Shown: positions 1 through 8,465, numbered from the stretch's first letter. The stretch is 32,000 nucleotides of DNA from Mucisphaera calidilacus (GCF_007748075.1 NZ_CP036280.1:870001-902000); one strand, 5' to 3'. Notes: generated from the letters alone by a model not told the origin. Numbers and translations: made by a program.

Positions 1-548
1 GCTGCTTCTACTGCAAGTCCAACCTCTACGAGCACCTCATCCCCCTCGCCGAGCAACTCGGGCTCGCCCACATCGCCAACGGCACCAATCTCGACGACCT
101 CGGCGACCACCGACCCGGGCTACGGGCCGCCCGCGAGGCCAGCATCGTCTCCCCGCTCGTGGACGCCGGCCTCGACAAGCAGGACGTCCGCGACATCGCC
201 CGACACCTCGGACTCCCCAACCACGACAAGCCCGCCTCCGCCTGCCTCGCCAGCCGCATCCCCTACGGCACCGAGGTCACCCCCGAGCGGCTCGCCCAGG
301 TCGAACAGGCCGAGAACGCCCTCGCCGACCTCGGCTTCACCGGCTTCCGTGTCCGCCATCACGACACCATCGCCCGCATCGAACTGCCCATCGACCAACT
401 GCCCCAGATCCTCGACGCCGAGCTCCGGGAACGGGTCTCAACCGCGCTCCACGACGCAGGTTTTACCTATATCGCCATCGACCTCGACGGCTTCCGCTCC
501 GGATCGGGCAACATCCTCCTGACCCACAACGGCAACCGACTCGGCTGA
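1..548 (+). CDS. larE: LarE-type PP-loop ATP-dependent sulfur transferase (TIGR00268-like), C-terminal ~180 aa; 5' end lies outside the window
   Basis: Frame 3 is open from the window edge (CFYCKSNLYEHL...) to TGA 546-548. Motifs GTNLDDLGDHRPG, PASACLASRIPYG and FRVRHH..ARIE are typical of the LarE/TIGR00268 family. Confidence 0.75.
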   Translation, partial: CFYCKSNLYEHLIPLAEQLGLAHIANGTNLDDLGDHRPGLRAAREASIVSPLVDAGLDKQDVRDIARHLGLPNHDKPASACLASRIPYGTEVTPERLAQVEQAENALADLGFTGFRVRHHDTIARIELPIDQLPQILDAELRERVSTALHDAGFTYIAIDLDGFRSGSGNILLTHNGNRLG

Positions 549-676
549 AACCCTCCATCCCGGACCGGATCGCGACGGCACGATTTTTCCTCCCAAAAAG
601 CACTGTCTTGGTATGGCATAACCCCCGATGTCACCCTACGATAGAGTTTTGCAGCATCCTCAGGCGAGGGAATGAC

Positions 677-1174
677 TTGAAGCGGAAATGTGACAAGTGT
701 GATCGCCCCGCCACCCACCACGCGATCGAGATCACCGGCGGACAGAAGATCGAGAAGCACCTCTGCGACCTCCACGCCGCCGAGGAGGGCATGTCGGTCA
801 AGGCGATGAACGCCCCGATCAACGACCTGCTCACCAGCTTCGTCAAGCTCCAGCCCGAGGAAGACCAGGCCAACGCCGAAACCGTCTGCGAGGGCTGCGG
901 CATGACCTTCTCCCAGTTCCGCGAGAAGCACCTGCTCGGCTGCCCCATGTGCTACGAGGCTTTCGAGCACCAGCTCTCACCCCTTCTCGAACGCGCCCAC
1001 GAGGGCGGCACCCACCACGTGGGCAAGGTCCCCCGCCGGGCCGGGGCCAGCGACAACCGACAACTCCAGCTCATCCGCATGCGCAAGCGGCTCGACGACG
1101 CCGTCGCCACCGAGGACTACGAGCTCGCCGCACGGCTCCGCGACGACATCCAGCAACTGGAAGACACCCACTGA
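677..1174 (+). CDS. mcsA: McsA-like UvrB/UvrC-motif zinc-finger protein (activator of protein arginine kinase)
   Basis: 165 aa from TTG 677, with GAGGG at 666-670 six nt upstream. Cys pairs CDKCDRP...HLCDLH and CEGCG...CPMCY, plus a C-terminal UVR motif (RLDDAVATEDYELAARLRDDIQQLE). The ORF-track start at 608 is also TTG and adds 23 non-conserved residues, so the start is uncertain. Confidence 0.75.
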   Translation: MKRKCDKCDRPATHHAIEITGGQKIEKHLCDLHAAEEGMSVKAMNAPINDLLTSFVKLQPEEDQANAETVCEGCGMTFSQFREKHLLGCPMCYEAFEHQLSPLLERAHEGGTHHVGKVPRRAGASDNRQLQLIRMRKRLDDAVATEDYELAARLRDDIQQLEDTH

Positions 1175-1176
1175 CC

Positions 1177-2247
1177 ATGAGTCTCAGCCAGATCCCCGAT
1201 CACGCCGGCGAGTGGCTACGCGGCACCGGTCCCCATGGCGAGGTCGTCATCTCCTCGCGCATCCGCTACGCGCGCAACCTCACCGGATTCCCCTTCGTCA
1301 ACCGGGCCAACCGCCGGCAGCAGCACGAGGTCATGCACCTGGTCAAGGACGAGATCCAGAAACGCAAGCTCGCCGATGACATCATCTGGGTCGATATGGC
1401 AGCGTCCCCCTCTCTCGACCGCCAGCTGCTCGTCGAACGACACCTCGTCTCACGCGACCTCGCCTCGGCGAAAAACGATGCGCCCCGAGGCGTCGTGATC
1501 GCTCCCGACGAGACCTTCGCCGTCATGATCAACGAGGAAGACCACATCCGGGCCCAGGTCCTCCGCTCGGGCATGCAGCTCTCCGAGGCCTTCGCTCAGA
1601 TCGAGCGCATCGACAACGCCCTCGAATCGGGGCTCGACTTCGCCTACGCCCAGCGCTTCGGCTACCTCACCGCCTGCCCGACCAACGTCGGCACCGGGCT
1701 TCGCGTCTCCGTCATGCTCCACCTGCCCGGTCTCAAGCTCACCGGCGAGATCGAGAAGGTCCGCCGCGCCGCACGCGACACCCACCAGGCCGTACGCGGG
1801 CTCTTCGGCGAGGGGTCCGAAGCCCTCGGCGACCTCTACCAGATCTCCAACCAGTCGACCCTCGGCAAGACCGAGAAGGAGATCGTCGCCGACTTCGAGC
1901 ACACCGTCGTCCCCACCATCATCGCCTACGAACAACAGGCCAGACAGGCACTGATCAAGCAGCGACCCGCTCAACTCGACGACAAGATCTACCGCGCCTG
2001 GGCCATCCTCACCAACGCACGCGTCCTCGGAACCGAAGAGGTCCTCTCCCTGCTCTCGCACCTCCGCCTGGGCGTCAACCTCGGACGCATCAACACGGTC
2101 GACCTGCGCACCATCAACGAACTCCTCCTGCTCACCCAGCCCGCACACCTCCAGCGACTCATGGGCAAGACCATGGACCCCGCGGGACGCAAGATCGCCC
2201 GCGCCGACCTCGTGCGCCAACGCCTCAACCCCGCCGGCAAGGGATGA
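1177..2247 (+). CDS. mcsB: Protein arginine kinase McsB (ATP:guanido phosphotransferase family)
   Basis: ATG 1177 lies 2 nt after the mcsA TGA (1172-1174). 356 aa with guanido-kinase motifs ISSRIRYARNLTGFPF, INEEDHIR and GYLTACPTNVGTGLRVSVMLHLPGL. The Arg/Pro-rich extension from 949 overlaps mcsA and is not credible. Confidence 0.9.
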   Translation: MSLSQIPDHAGEWLRGTGPHGEVVISSRIRYARNLTGFPFVNRANRRQQHEVMHLVKDEIQKRKLADDIIWVDMAASPSLDRQLLVERHLVSRDLASAKNDAPRGVVIAPDETFAVMINEEDHIRAQVLRSGMQLSEAFAQIERIDNALESGLDFAYAQRFGYLTACPTNVGTGLRVSVMLHLPGLKLTGEIEKVRRAARDTHQAVRGLFGEGSEALGDLYQISNQSTLGKTEKEIVADFEHTVVPTIIAYEQQARQALIKQRPAQLDDKIYRAWAILTNARVLGTEEVLSLLSHLRLGVNLGRINTVDLRTINELLLLTQPAHLQRLMGKTMDPAGRKIARADLVRQRLNPAGKG

Positions 2248-2261
2248 GGCCGCAAGCCGCA

Positions 2262-2322
2262 GCAAACAAAAACTATAAATATAATTGCTTGGGTGCCACA
2301 GGTCATGATCGGCGGCACCCAG
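2262..2322 (-). terminator. Probable intrinsic terminator of mutY (hairpin followed by an A/T-rich tract on the minus strand)
   Basis: Stem TTGGGTGCC (2289-2297) pairs with GGCACCCAG (2314-2322), 8 bp plus one G:T. On the minus strand it is followed by ...TTATATTTATAGTTTTTGTTT. It sits immediately downstream of the mutY stop (2328-2330). Confidence 0.4.
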
Positions 2323-2327
2323 ACAGG

Positions 2328-3425
2328 TCATCGACGTGGGCTTTGCTCTTCGAGAGCTCCCATCACGCGCACCATCGGCTTGGCCATCCCCAAGTCAGTC
2401 GCGTCACCACACCATCGGCCCGACGCCCGCCGCAGCCGGCCCGCCACCCGCCGCGCCCGCCAGACCACAAACGTGATCAGCCGATGCGTCGTGCGGTGCT
2501 CAAAGCTCGTCACCCGATCAACCTCAACACGCAGACCGAACGCCTCCTCCGCCCAGTCACACAACACCTCCGCCGTCACGCCATCCTCCTCCAGCGTCGG
2601 CAGCTCCCACATCCCGGCCCACAAGCCCGTCTCACCCCGCCGACGCGCCAGCACCCGCCCGCCACGCTCGACCACCAGCACGTGATGCTCCACGCGAACC
2701 GGATCCTTCACGCGACCCTTCACCGGCAGCTCTGCCGTCCGCCCCGTCGCACGCGCCACACACCAACGCGACACCGGGCAGAGCAGACACTTCGGATCAC
2801 GAGGCGAACAGACCGTCGCGCCCAACTCCATCAGGCTCTCGTTGAGCATCCCCGGCCGCTTCGTCGGCAACAGCGCGAGCACCCGGCCCTCCACCTCTCT
2901 CTTCCCGACCGTCGAATCGATCGGCGACTCGACCCCTGTCAGTCGTGACACCACACGACTCACATTCCCGTCCACGGACGGCACACGGACACCAAAAGCG
3001 ATCGACGCCACCGCGCCCGCCGTGTACGCGCCGAGGCCCGGCAGACACAAGAGTTCTTCGTAGCCGGCAGGCAGACGCCCGTCGTGCCGCTCAACCACCG
3101 CCTTTGCGCACGCGTGCAGCCGCTGCGCACGACGGTAATAACCCAGCCCCTGCCACAGCCGCATCACCGCGTCAGGTTCCGCCTCCGCAAGCTCGACGAT
3201 CGTCGGGAACGCCGACAGAAAGCGCTCGAAGTAAGGGATGACCGTCGTCACCTGCGTCTGCTGCAGCATCACCTCCGACACCAGCACGCGATAAGCATCC
3301 GGATGCTCGCCCCACGCCGCTCGCCACGGAAGATCGCGCCGGTGCGCGCGATGCCACCTGATCAGCGATCGCGCGATCGCCTTGTACTCCGGGTCAGGCC
3401 CGTCGGTTCGGTTCATGGTCGGCAT
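2328..3425 (-). CDS. mutY: A/G-specific adenine DNA glycosylase MutY
   Basis: 365 aa with HhH-GPD region (VSEVMLQQTQV, LPGLGAYTAGAVASIAFG), 4Fe-4S loop CSPRDPKCLLCPVSRWC, and a C-terminal NUDIX-like domain (GLWAGMWELP). Confidence 0.9.
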   Translation of the reverse strand: MPTMNRTDGPDPEYKAIARSLIRWHRAHRRDLPWRAAWGEHPDAYRVLVSEVMLQQTQVTTVIPYFERFLSAFPTIVELAEAEPDAVMRLWQGLGYYRRAQRLHACAKAVVERHDGRLPAGYEELLCLPGLGAYTAGAVASIAFGVRVPSVDGNVSRVVSRLTGVESPIDSTVGKREVEGRVLALLPTKRPGMLNESLMELGATVCSPRDPKCLLCPVSRWCVARATGRTAELPVKGRVKDPVRVEHHVLVVERGGRVLARRRGETGLWAGMWELPTLEEDGVTAEVLCDWAEEAFGLRVEVDRVTSFEHRTTHRLITFVVWRARRVAGRLRRASGRWCGDATDLGMAKPMVRVMGALEEQSPRR

Positions 3426-3487
3426 CCAGACTCCCGATTGCAGAGCACGCCCGTAAATGGTCGATCTTATCGGCGACAGCAGGCGTT

Positions 3488-3904
3488 ATGCTGTTTCACA
3501 AGACCGAATTCACCTGGAGCGTTCACCTGATGGTCAGTCACCGCCTCTCCCTGCCAACGACTCGCGAATCACTGACCCACAAGTTCCAGATCATGGGCTA
3601 CGAGGGTTATCTCACCATCGGTCTCTTCGACGACGGACGCCCGGGCGAGGTCTTCATCAAGATGGCCAAGGAAGGCTCGACCCTCTCGGGCATGGTCCAG
3701 GCTTTCTGCCGAGCCTTCTCACTCGCCCTGCAGTACGGCCTGCCGCTCGAAGAAGCCGTCCGACGCTTCAAAGGCATGCGCTTCGAGCCGATGGGCACCA
3801 CCAACAATCCCGAGATCCCCGAGGCCGACTCGATCATCGATTACGTCGCCCGCTACCTCGAAGTCAACTACGCCAACATCGATCAGCCACTGAACCGCGC
3901 CTGA
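3488..3904 (+). CDS. Stand-alone homologue of the C-terminal (TSCPD-like) domain of adenosylcobalamin-dependent class II ribonucleotide reductase
   Basis: LTHKFQIMGYEGYLTIGLFDDGRPGEVFIKMAKEGSTLSGMVQAFCRAFSLALQYGLPLEEAVRRFKGMRFEPMG...DSIIDYVARYL closely resembles the C-terminal block of long NrdJ proteins as I recall it. No RNR core lies upstream, because mutY is divergent. An alternative ATG is at 3530. Confidence 0.75.
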   Translation: MLFHKTEFTWSVHLMVSHRLSLPTTRESLTHKFQIMGYEGYLTIGLFDDGRPGEVFIKMAKEGSTLSGMVQAFCRAFSLALQYGLPLEEAVRRFKGMRFEPMGTTNNPEIPEADSIIDYVARYLEVNYANIDQPLNRA

Positions 3905-3971
3905 TCGCCGCTGTTCGACCGCCACAACGCGATCCGGGTTCATCCACGCCACCCTCGCTGCGCGCGCACCC

Positions 3972-4982
3972 ATGAAGCGGTTGATGCCAAGCGTTGGTAC
4001 ATTTCCTCACATGGCCGAGTCACCCGACGCCCACGAGTTGGTGGTCTGGACCGATCGTGCGCACGAACGCCTGATCGAAGCCACCCTCGCCGCGCTCGGC
4101 TCCGGCTGGCGCATACTTGGCGTCGCAGGCCCGGCCGCCAGCCCGCCCGACCGACTCGCTACCAACGCCGGCCTCCGCTGCCTCGACGACCTCCGTTCCC
4201 TCGTCATCGACCACCCCGCGCGCGTCGCACTCATCAGCAGCAGCGACACGCCCACCCTCGACGAACTCGACGAGGCCACCGAACGCTGCGATGTCGTCGT
4301 CCTCACCGAGTCACTCGCCTCCGACCTCGCTTCTTGCACCGACCACAAGAAACGACTCGGCCCGCGACTCGACCGCATCCTCTACGCGCCTCGCTTCAGC
4401 GAGTGCCCCGGCATGCTCGCCGCAACCGAACCCACCAGCGTCCTGGGCGAACCCCGCATGGTCACCTGCGAGATCTGCCTGGCCCGCTGCGAAACGCGAC
4501 TCGCCACCGGGCTCTTCCACGCCTGGCAGTCCGTTCTCGAGAGTCAGGAAATGCCCGAGGAAGTCTCCGCCAGCCTCGTCGGCGGACAGGTCGAACCCGC
4601 CAACCAGATCCGCGGCTCCCTCGCCATCGCCGGACGCCTCGCCGGAGCCGGATCCTCGCTCATCGCCGTCTCCGACCAGACCGGACGCTGGGAACGCAGG
4701 ATGCGCATGATCGGGCCCGACGGCAGCCTCGAGGTCACCGACGACGGCTACCGGCTTCTCGACGCCGACGGCAGCATCATGGACCGCGCCGGCGAACCCG
4801 AATCCCGACGCACCCAGGCCGACCTCATCGCCCACCAGCTCGCCCGGCTTGTCGAAGGCCCGGGCTACGGGCAGGGGGGTAGCGACAGCGTCGAGCGCGT
4901 CACCGCCTGCTGCGAGGCCACCATCCTCAGCCTCCGCACCGGACAGTCCGAAAGCCCCGCGAAACTCCTCCAGCTGCGATAA
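3972..4982 (+). CDS. Hypothetical protein with weak resemblance to a degenerate Gfo/Idh/MocA-type two-domain layout; function unknown
   Basis: 336-aa ORF with strong GC3 bias in this frame. No GxGxxG dinucleotide-binding motif was recognised. An alternative ATG is at 4011. Confidence 0.6.
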   Translation: MKRLMPSVGTFPHMAESPDAHELVVWTDRAHERLIEATLAALGSGWRILGVAGPAASPPDRLATNAGLRCLDDLRSLVIDHPARVALISSSDTPTLDELDEATERCDVVVLTESLASDLASCTDHKKRLGPRLDRILYAPRFSECPGMLAATEPTSVLGEPRMVTCEICLARCETRLATGLFHAWQSVLESQEMPEEVSASLVGGQVEPANQIRGSLAIAGRLAGAGSSLIAVSDQTGRWERRMRMIGPDGSLEVTDDGYRLLDADGSIMDRAGEPESRRTQADLIAHQLARLVEGPGYGQGGSDSVERVTACCEATILSLRTGQSESPAKLLQLR

Positions 4983-4993
4983 TCGGCACGGGT

Positions 4994-5022
4994 TTGAGTG
5001 TGACCCGTCCAGTGGCTACAAT
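4994..5022 (+). promoter_or_regulatory. Sigma70-like promoter candidate (TTGAGT-17 nt-TACAAT) upstream of tRNA-Gln
   Basis: TTGAGT at 4994-4999, a 17-nt spacer, and TACAAT at 5017-5022. This assumes an E. coli-type consensus, which may not hold in this lineage. Confidence 0.35.
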
Positions 5023-5203
5023 GACATGCTTGTCAGTCAACCGAGCACGACTGGGCCCGTAGCCCTGGCGTGCACAGGGGCTGGACACGGACCGGACCGT
5101 GCCACGCCGAGTTGATCGACACATCCGGGTCCTCTCCGCCGTTGATCCTGCCTACGCCGGCAGCGACAACGCCGATGGGGGCTCGATTCAGGAGCCCCCC
5201 CGA

Positions 5204-5275
5204 TGGCCCATGGTGTAATCGGCAGCACACCAGTTTTTGGTACTGAGAGTCGGGGTTCGAGTCCCTGTGGGCCAG
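5204..5275 (+). tRNA. tRNA-Gln (anticodon UUG)
   Basis: 72-nt cloverleaf. Acceptor TGGCCCA/TGGGCCA (7 bp). D arm GTG(T)/(G)CAC with GG in the loop. Anticodon arm CCAGT-TTTTGGT-ACTGA, with one C:A mismatch at the top of the stem. T arm CGGGG-TTCGAGT-CCCTG. The U1:A72 pair and G73 discriminator match bacterial tRNA-Gln. CCA is not encoded. Confidence 0.85.
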
Positions 5276-5314
5276 CTTTCGGCGTCTTCCTACCCCTCAC
5301 CCGGAGTCCTGAAT

Positions 5315-6094
5315 ATGGCCGGTGAACCAGGCAAAGTCGACGCCATCCTCCTCGCAGCCGGCAAGGGCACCCGCATGGGCAGCGACCTGCCCAAGGTCGT
5401 CCACGAGGTCGCCGGACGCCCCATGATCCAGTGGGTCGTCGAGGCCTGCCGCAGCGCGGGCGTCGACCGCGTCGTCCTCGTCGTCGGCTACCAGGCACAA
5501 AGCGTCAAAGACGCCGTCCACGGCTACGACGACCTGCACTTCGTTACCCAGGCCGAGCAGCTCGGCACCGGCCACGCCGCGCAGATGGCCGCGCCGCTCT
5601 ACCAGGACCAGCCCCCACGCGACGTCTTCGTCCTCGCCGGCGACGGACCGCTCATCCGCGCGCAGACCCTCAAGACCCTCCTCGACCGACACCGCGAGCG
5701 CAACGCCGCCGCGTCCCTCGCTACCGCCGTCATCGACGACCCCACCGGCTACGGCCGCATCCAACGCGACGCCAACGGCGACTTCCTCCGCATCGTCGAG
5801 CAGAAAGACGCCACGCCCGAGCAGCTCGCCATCCGTGAGGTCAACCCCAGCTACTACTGCTTCCGGTCCGACCGCCTCTTCGACGGCCTGGGCAAGGTCC
5901 GCAACGACAACAAGCAGGGCGAGTACTACATCACCGACGTCCCCGGGCTTCTCCTCGACGAGGGCGACACCGTCGAGGTCATCGACGCCGTGCCCGCCGA
6001 GGACATCCTCAGCATCAACACCCCTGAGCAACTCGCTCAGGTCGATCAGGTTCTTCAAGCACGACTGAGCAGCGACGGGAAAGGCCAGGTATGA
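5315..6094 (+). CDS. UDP-N-acetylglucosamine pyrophosphorylase-type nucleotidyltransferase (GlmU N-terminal domain only; no LbH acetyltransferase domain)
   Basis: ATG 5315, preceded by CCGGAG. Motifs LLAAGKGTRMGSDLPKVVHEVAGRPM, QAEQLGTGHA, GYGRIQRD, IVEQKDATPEQ and QGEYYITD match the GlmU uridyltransferase half. 259 aa. The ORF-track start at 5237 would overlap the tRNA. Confidence 0.85.
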   Translation: MAGEPGKVDAILLAAGKGTRMGSDLPKVVHEVAGRPMIQWVVEACRSAGVDRVVLVVGYQAQSVKDAVHGYDDLHFVTQAEQLGTGHAAQMAAPLYQDQPPRDVFVLAGDGPLIRAQTLKTLLDRHRERNAAASLATAVIDDPTGYGRIQRDANGDFLRIVEQKDATPEQLAIREVNPSYYCFRSDRLFDGLGKVRNDNKQGEYYITDVPGLLLDEGDTVEVIDAVPAEDILSINTPEQLAQVDQVLQARLSSDGKGQV

Positions 6095-7074
6095 GCGAAG
6101 CGGATCGTGATCTGATCAAGATCTTCGGCGGAAAAGGCTCGCGGGAACTCACCGAGCGCATCTGCCGATACCTCCAGCTGCCCGTCGGCCAGGGCAAGAC
6201 GGAGATGTTCCCCGACGGCGAACTCATCGTGAAGATCGACGAGGACGTCCGCGGACGCGACTGCTTCGTCATCCAGAGCACCTCCAACCCCGTCAACACC
6301 CACCTCATGGAGCTGCTCATCTACATCGACTGCCTCCGCAGGGCCTCCGCCCGGCGGATCACCGCTGTCATCCCCTACTTCGGCTACGCCCGGCAGGACC
6401 GCAAGGACGAGGGGCGCGTGCCCATCACCGCCAAGCTCGTCGCCAACATGATCACCGCCGCTGGCGCCGACCGCGTCCTCACCATCGACCTCCACGCCGC
6501 ACAGATCCAGGGCTTCTTCGATATCCCCGTCGATCACCTCAACGCCACGCCCGTCATCGAGGGCTATCTCGAAACCATCCGCGACGAGATCGACCCCGTC
6601 TGCCTCGTCAGCCCCGACGTCGGCAACGTCAAGCTCGCCTCCGTCTACGCCTCGCTCCTCGGCGGCGACTTCGCCATCATCGACAAGCGGCGACGCTCCG
6701 GCACCGAGGTCGTCTCGGCCAACATCATCGGCGACGTCGACGGACGCAACGTCGTCATGGTCGACGACATGATCTCCACGGCCGGAACCATCTGCGAGGC
6801 CGCCAAGCTCGTCAAGGAACGCGGCGCCAAGAACATCTTCGCCGCCTGCACCCACGCCGTCCTCGTCGGGCTCGCCATGGAACGACTCCGCGACGCGCCC
6901 TTCTCACGCGTCATCGTCACCGACACCATCCCCGCCGGACCCCGCTGCGCACCCATCCAGGACAAGCTCGTCGAGCTGACCGTCTCCGAGTTGCTTGGCG
7001 AAGCGATCCACCGCATCCACCACAACCGATCAGTGTCGAACCTCTTCAAGGGTTTCGACGGCAGCAAACGTTAA
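6091..7074 (+). CDS. prs: Ribose-phosphate diphosphokinase (PRPP synthetase)
   Basis: 327 aa with IFGGKGSRELTERI, PYFGYARQDRK and PRPP loop VVMVDDMISTAGT. Its ATG overlaps the upstream TGA (ATGA at 6091-6094). Confidence 0.95.
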   Translation: MSEADRDLIKIFGGKGSRELTERICRYLQLPVGQGKTEMFPDGELIVKIDEDVRGRDCFVIQSTSNPVNTHLMELLIYIDCLRRASARRITAVIPYFGYARQDRKDEGRVPITAKLVANMITAAGADRVLTIDLHAAQIQGFFDIPVDHLNATPVIEGYLETIRDEIDPVCLVSPDVGNVKLASVYASLLGGDFAIIDKRRRSGTEVVSANIIGDVDGRNVVMVDDMISTAGTICEAAKLVKERGAKNIFAACTHAVLVGLAMERLRDAPFSRVIVTDTIPAGPRCAPIQDKLVELTVSELLGEAIHRIHHNRSVSNLFKGFDGSKR

Positions 7075-7131
7075 ACGGACAAGAACACGCAACCACACTG
7101 TCGGGAACAGCCCGACGAGAGGAGACCGACC

Positions 7132-7770
7132 ATGTCTCATGACATCCCCACCATCAACGCCGAACAACGCACCAAGCTGGGCACCCGTTACTCCCAGCGA
7201 CTCCGCGAAGACGGCAAGATCCCCGTCGTGCTCTACGGCCACGGGCAGGAGCCCCTCCACCTCGCCGTCGAGCAGAAGCCGCTCTTCGACGCCGTCGTCA
7301 GCCACGCCCACCTCATCGACCTCGACGTGGCCGGCAAGACCGAGACGGCCCTGATCAAGGACATCCAGTGGGATTACCTCTCACGCCACCTCATCCACGC
7401 CGACCTCACCCGCGTTGACCGCTCCGAACGCGTCGAGGTGGAAGTCGGGATCGAGTTCACCGGCGACCCCAAGGCACTCCAGCAGGCCGGCGCCGTCATG
7501 GACCACCCGCTCCAGACGCTCTCCATCGCCTGTCGCGCCGACGCCATCCCCGAGACCATCATCGTCCCCATCGACGAACTCACCTCCGACACACCCGTCC
7601 ACGCCAGCGCCGCGACGATCCCCGACGGCGTCGAACTGCTCACGCCCGGTGACACCGTGCTCGCCTCGGTCTCCATCACGCAGGCCGTCGAGGACGAAGA
7701 ACTCGAAACCCCGGGCGGCGACGAGCCCGAGGTCATCAACAAGGGCAAGGAAGAAGACGACGCGGAGTAA
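7132..7770 (+). CDS. rplY: 50S ribosomal protein L25 / general stress protein Ctc
   Basis: 212 aa. The N-terminal L25 domain (EQRTKLGTRYSQRLREDGKIPVVLYGHG), the Ctc-type C-terminal domain with acidic tail, and the position between prs and pth all fit. Confidence 0.9.
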   Translation: MSHDIPTINAEQRTKLGTRYSQRLREDGKIPVVLYGHGQEPLHLAVEQKPLFDAVVSHAHLIDLDVAGKTETALIKDIQWDYLSRHLIHADLTRVDRSERVEVEVGIEFTGDPKALQQAGAVMDHPLQTLSIACRADAIPETIIVPIDELTSDTPVHASAATIPDGVELLTPGDTVLASVSITQAVEDEELETPGGDEPEVINKGKEEDDAE

Positions 7771-7806
7771 CCCCGCGACCGCAACCCTTCTGGGCGGAGT
7801 CACGCG

Positions 7807-8361
7807 ATGAAGCTGATCGTCGGCCTGGGCAACCCCGGGCCGCAATACGCGAAAACCCGGCACAACGCCGGGTTCATGGTGGTCGACCGGCTCGCCGAAC
7901 GCCACGGCATGACCGGCGGCAAGTCACGCTTCAGCGGGCTCTTCACCGACGGGCTCATCGCCTCCGCACGCGCCGGACTCCTCAAGCCCATGACCTACAT
8001 GAACCTCTCCGGCCAGGCCGTCGTCGAGGCCATGAACTTCTACAAGGTCCCGCCCGAAGACCTACTCGTCGTCGTCGACGACATCGCCCTCGACTGCGGC
8101 CAGATCCGCTGCCGGCCCGAGGGCGGCGCCGGCGGCCACAACGGCCTCAAGGACATCCAGCAGAGGCTCGGAACCCAGAAATACCCCCGCCTCCGCATCG
8201 GTATCGACCCGCCCGGACGCATCCCCCAGGTCGACTACGTCCTCGGACGCTTCACGCCCGACCAGCAGCAGGCCATGGAACAGGCCGTCCCCACCGCCTG
8301 CGACGCCATCGAGACCTGGCTCACACACGGCATCACCGAGACCATGAACCGCTACAACTGA
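7807..8361 (+). CDS. pth: Peptidyl-tRNA hydrolase
   Basis: MKLIVGLGNPGPQYAKTRHNAGFMVVD...GGAGGHNGLKDI; 184 aa. Confidence 0.95.
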   Translation: MKLIVGLGNPGPQYAKTRHNAGFMVVDRLAERHGMTGGKSRFSGLFTDGLIASARAGLLKPMTYMNLSGQAVVEAMNFYKVPPEDLLVVVDDIALDCGQIRCRPEGGAGGHNGLKDIQQRLGTQKYPRLRIGIDPPGRIPQVDYVLGRFTPDQQQAMEQAVPTACDAIETWLTHGITETMNRYN

Positions 8362-8465
8362 GACCGTCTGACACAATCTGCACACAAAGGGGGTTTGTGA
8401 TCCCGTGCAATACCGTAATATGTGTATTGGGAGCATTTCACACATACAGGTGAAGGAGAGGTGTC

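Noticed and set aside
949-1176. 76-aa Arg/Pro-rich N-terminal extension of the mcsB ORF
   Set aside because: It overlaps mcsA in another frame and shows no homology signal. The canonical McsB N-terminus begins at ATG 1177, 2 nt after the mcsA stop.
5237-5314. Upstream extension of the GlmU-like ORF
   Set aside because: It would overlap the tRNA-Gln gene. The conserved N-terminus (LLAAGKGTRM) follows ATG 5315, which has a CCGGAG RBS.
8383-8440. CRP-like TGTGA half-site and repeated CACACA/TGTGT motifs upstream of the PEP-CTERM gene
   Set aside because: There is no properly spaced TCACA partner. The weak A/T hairpin CACAAA/TTTGTG after pth lacks a T tract. The evidence is insufficient to call a site.
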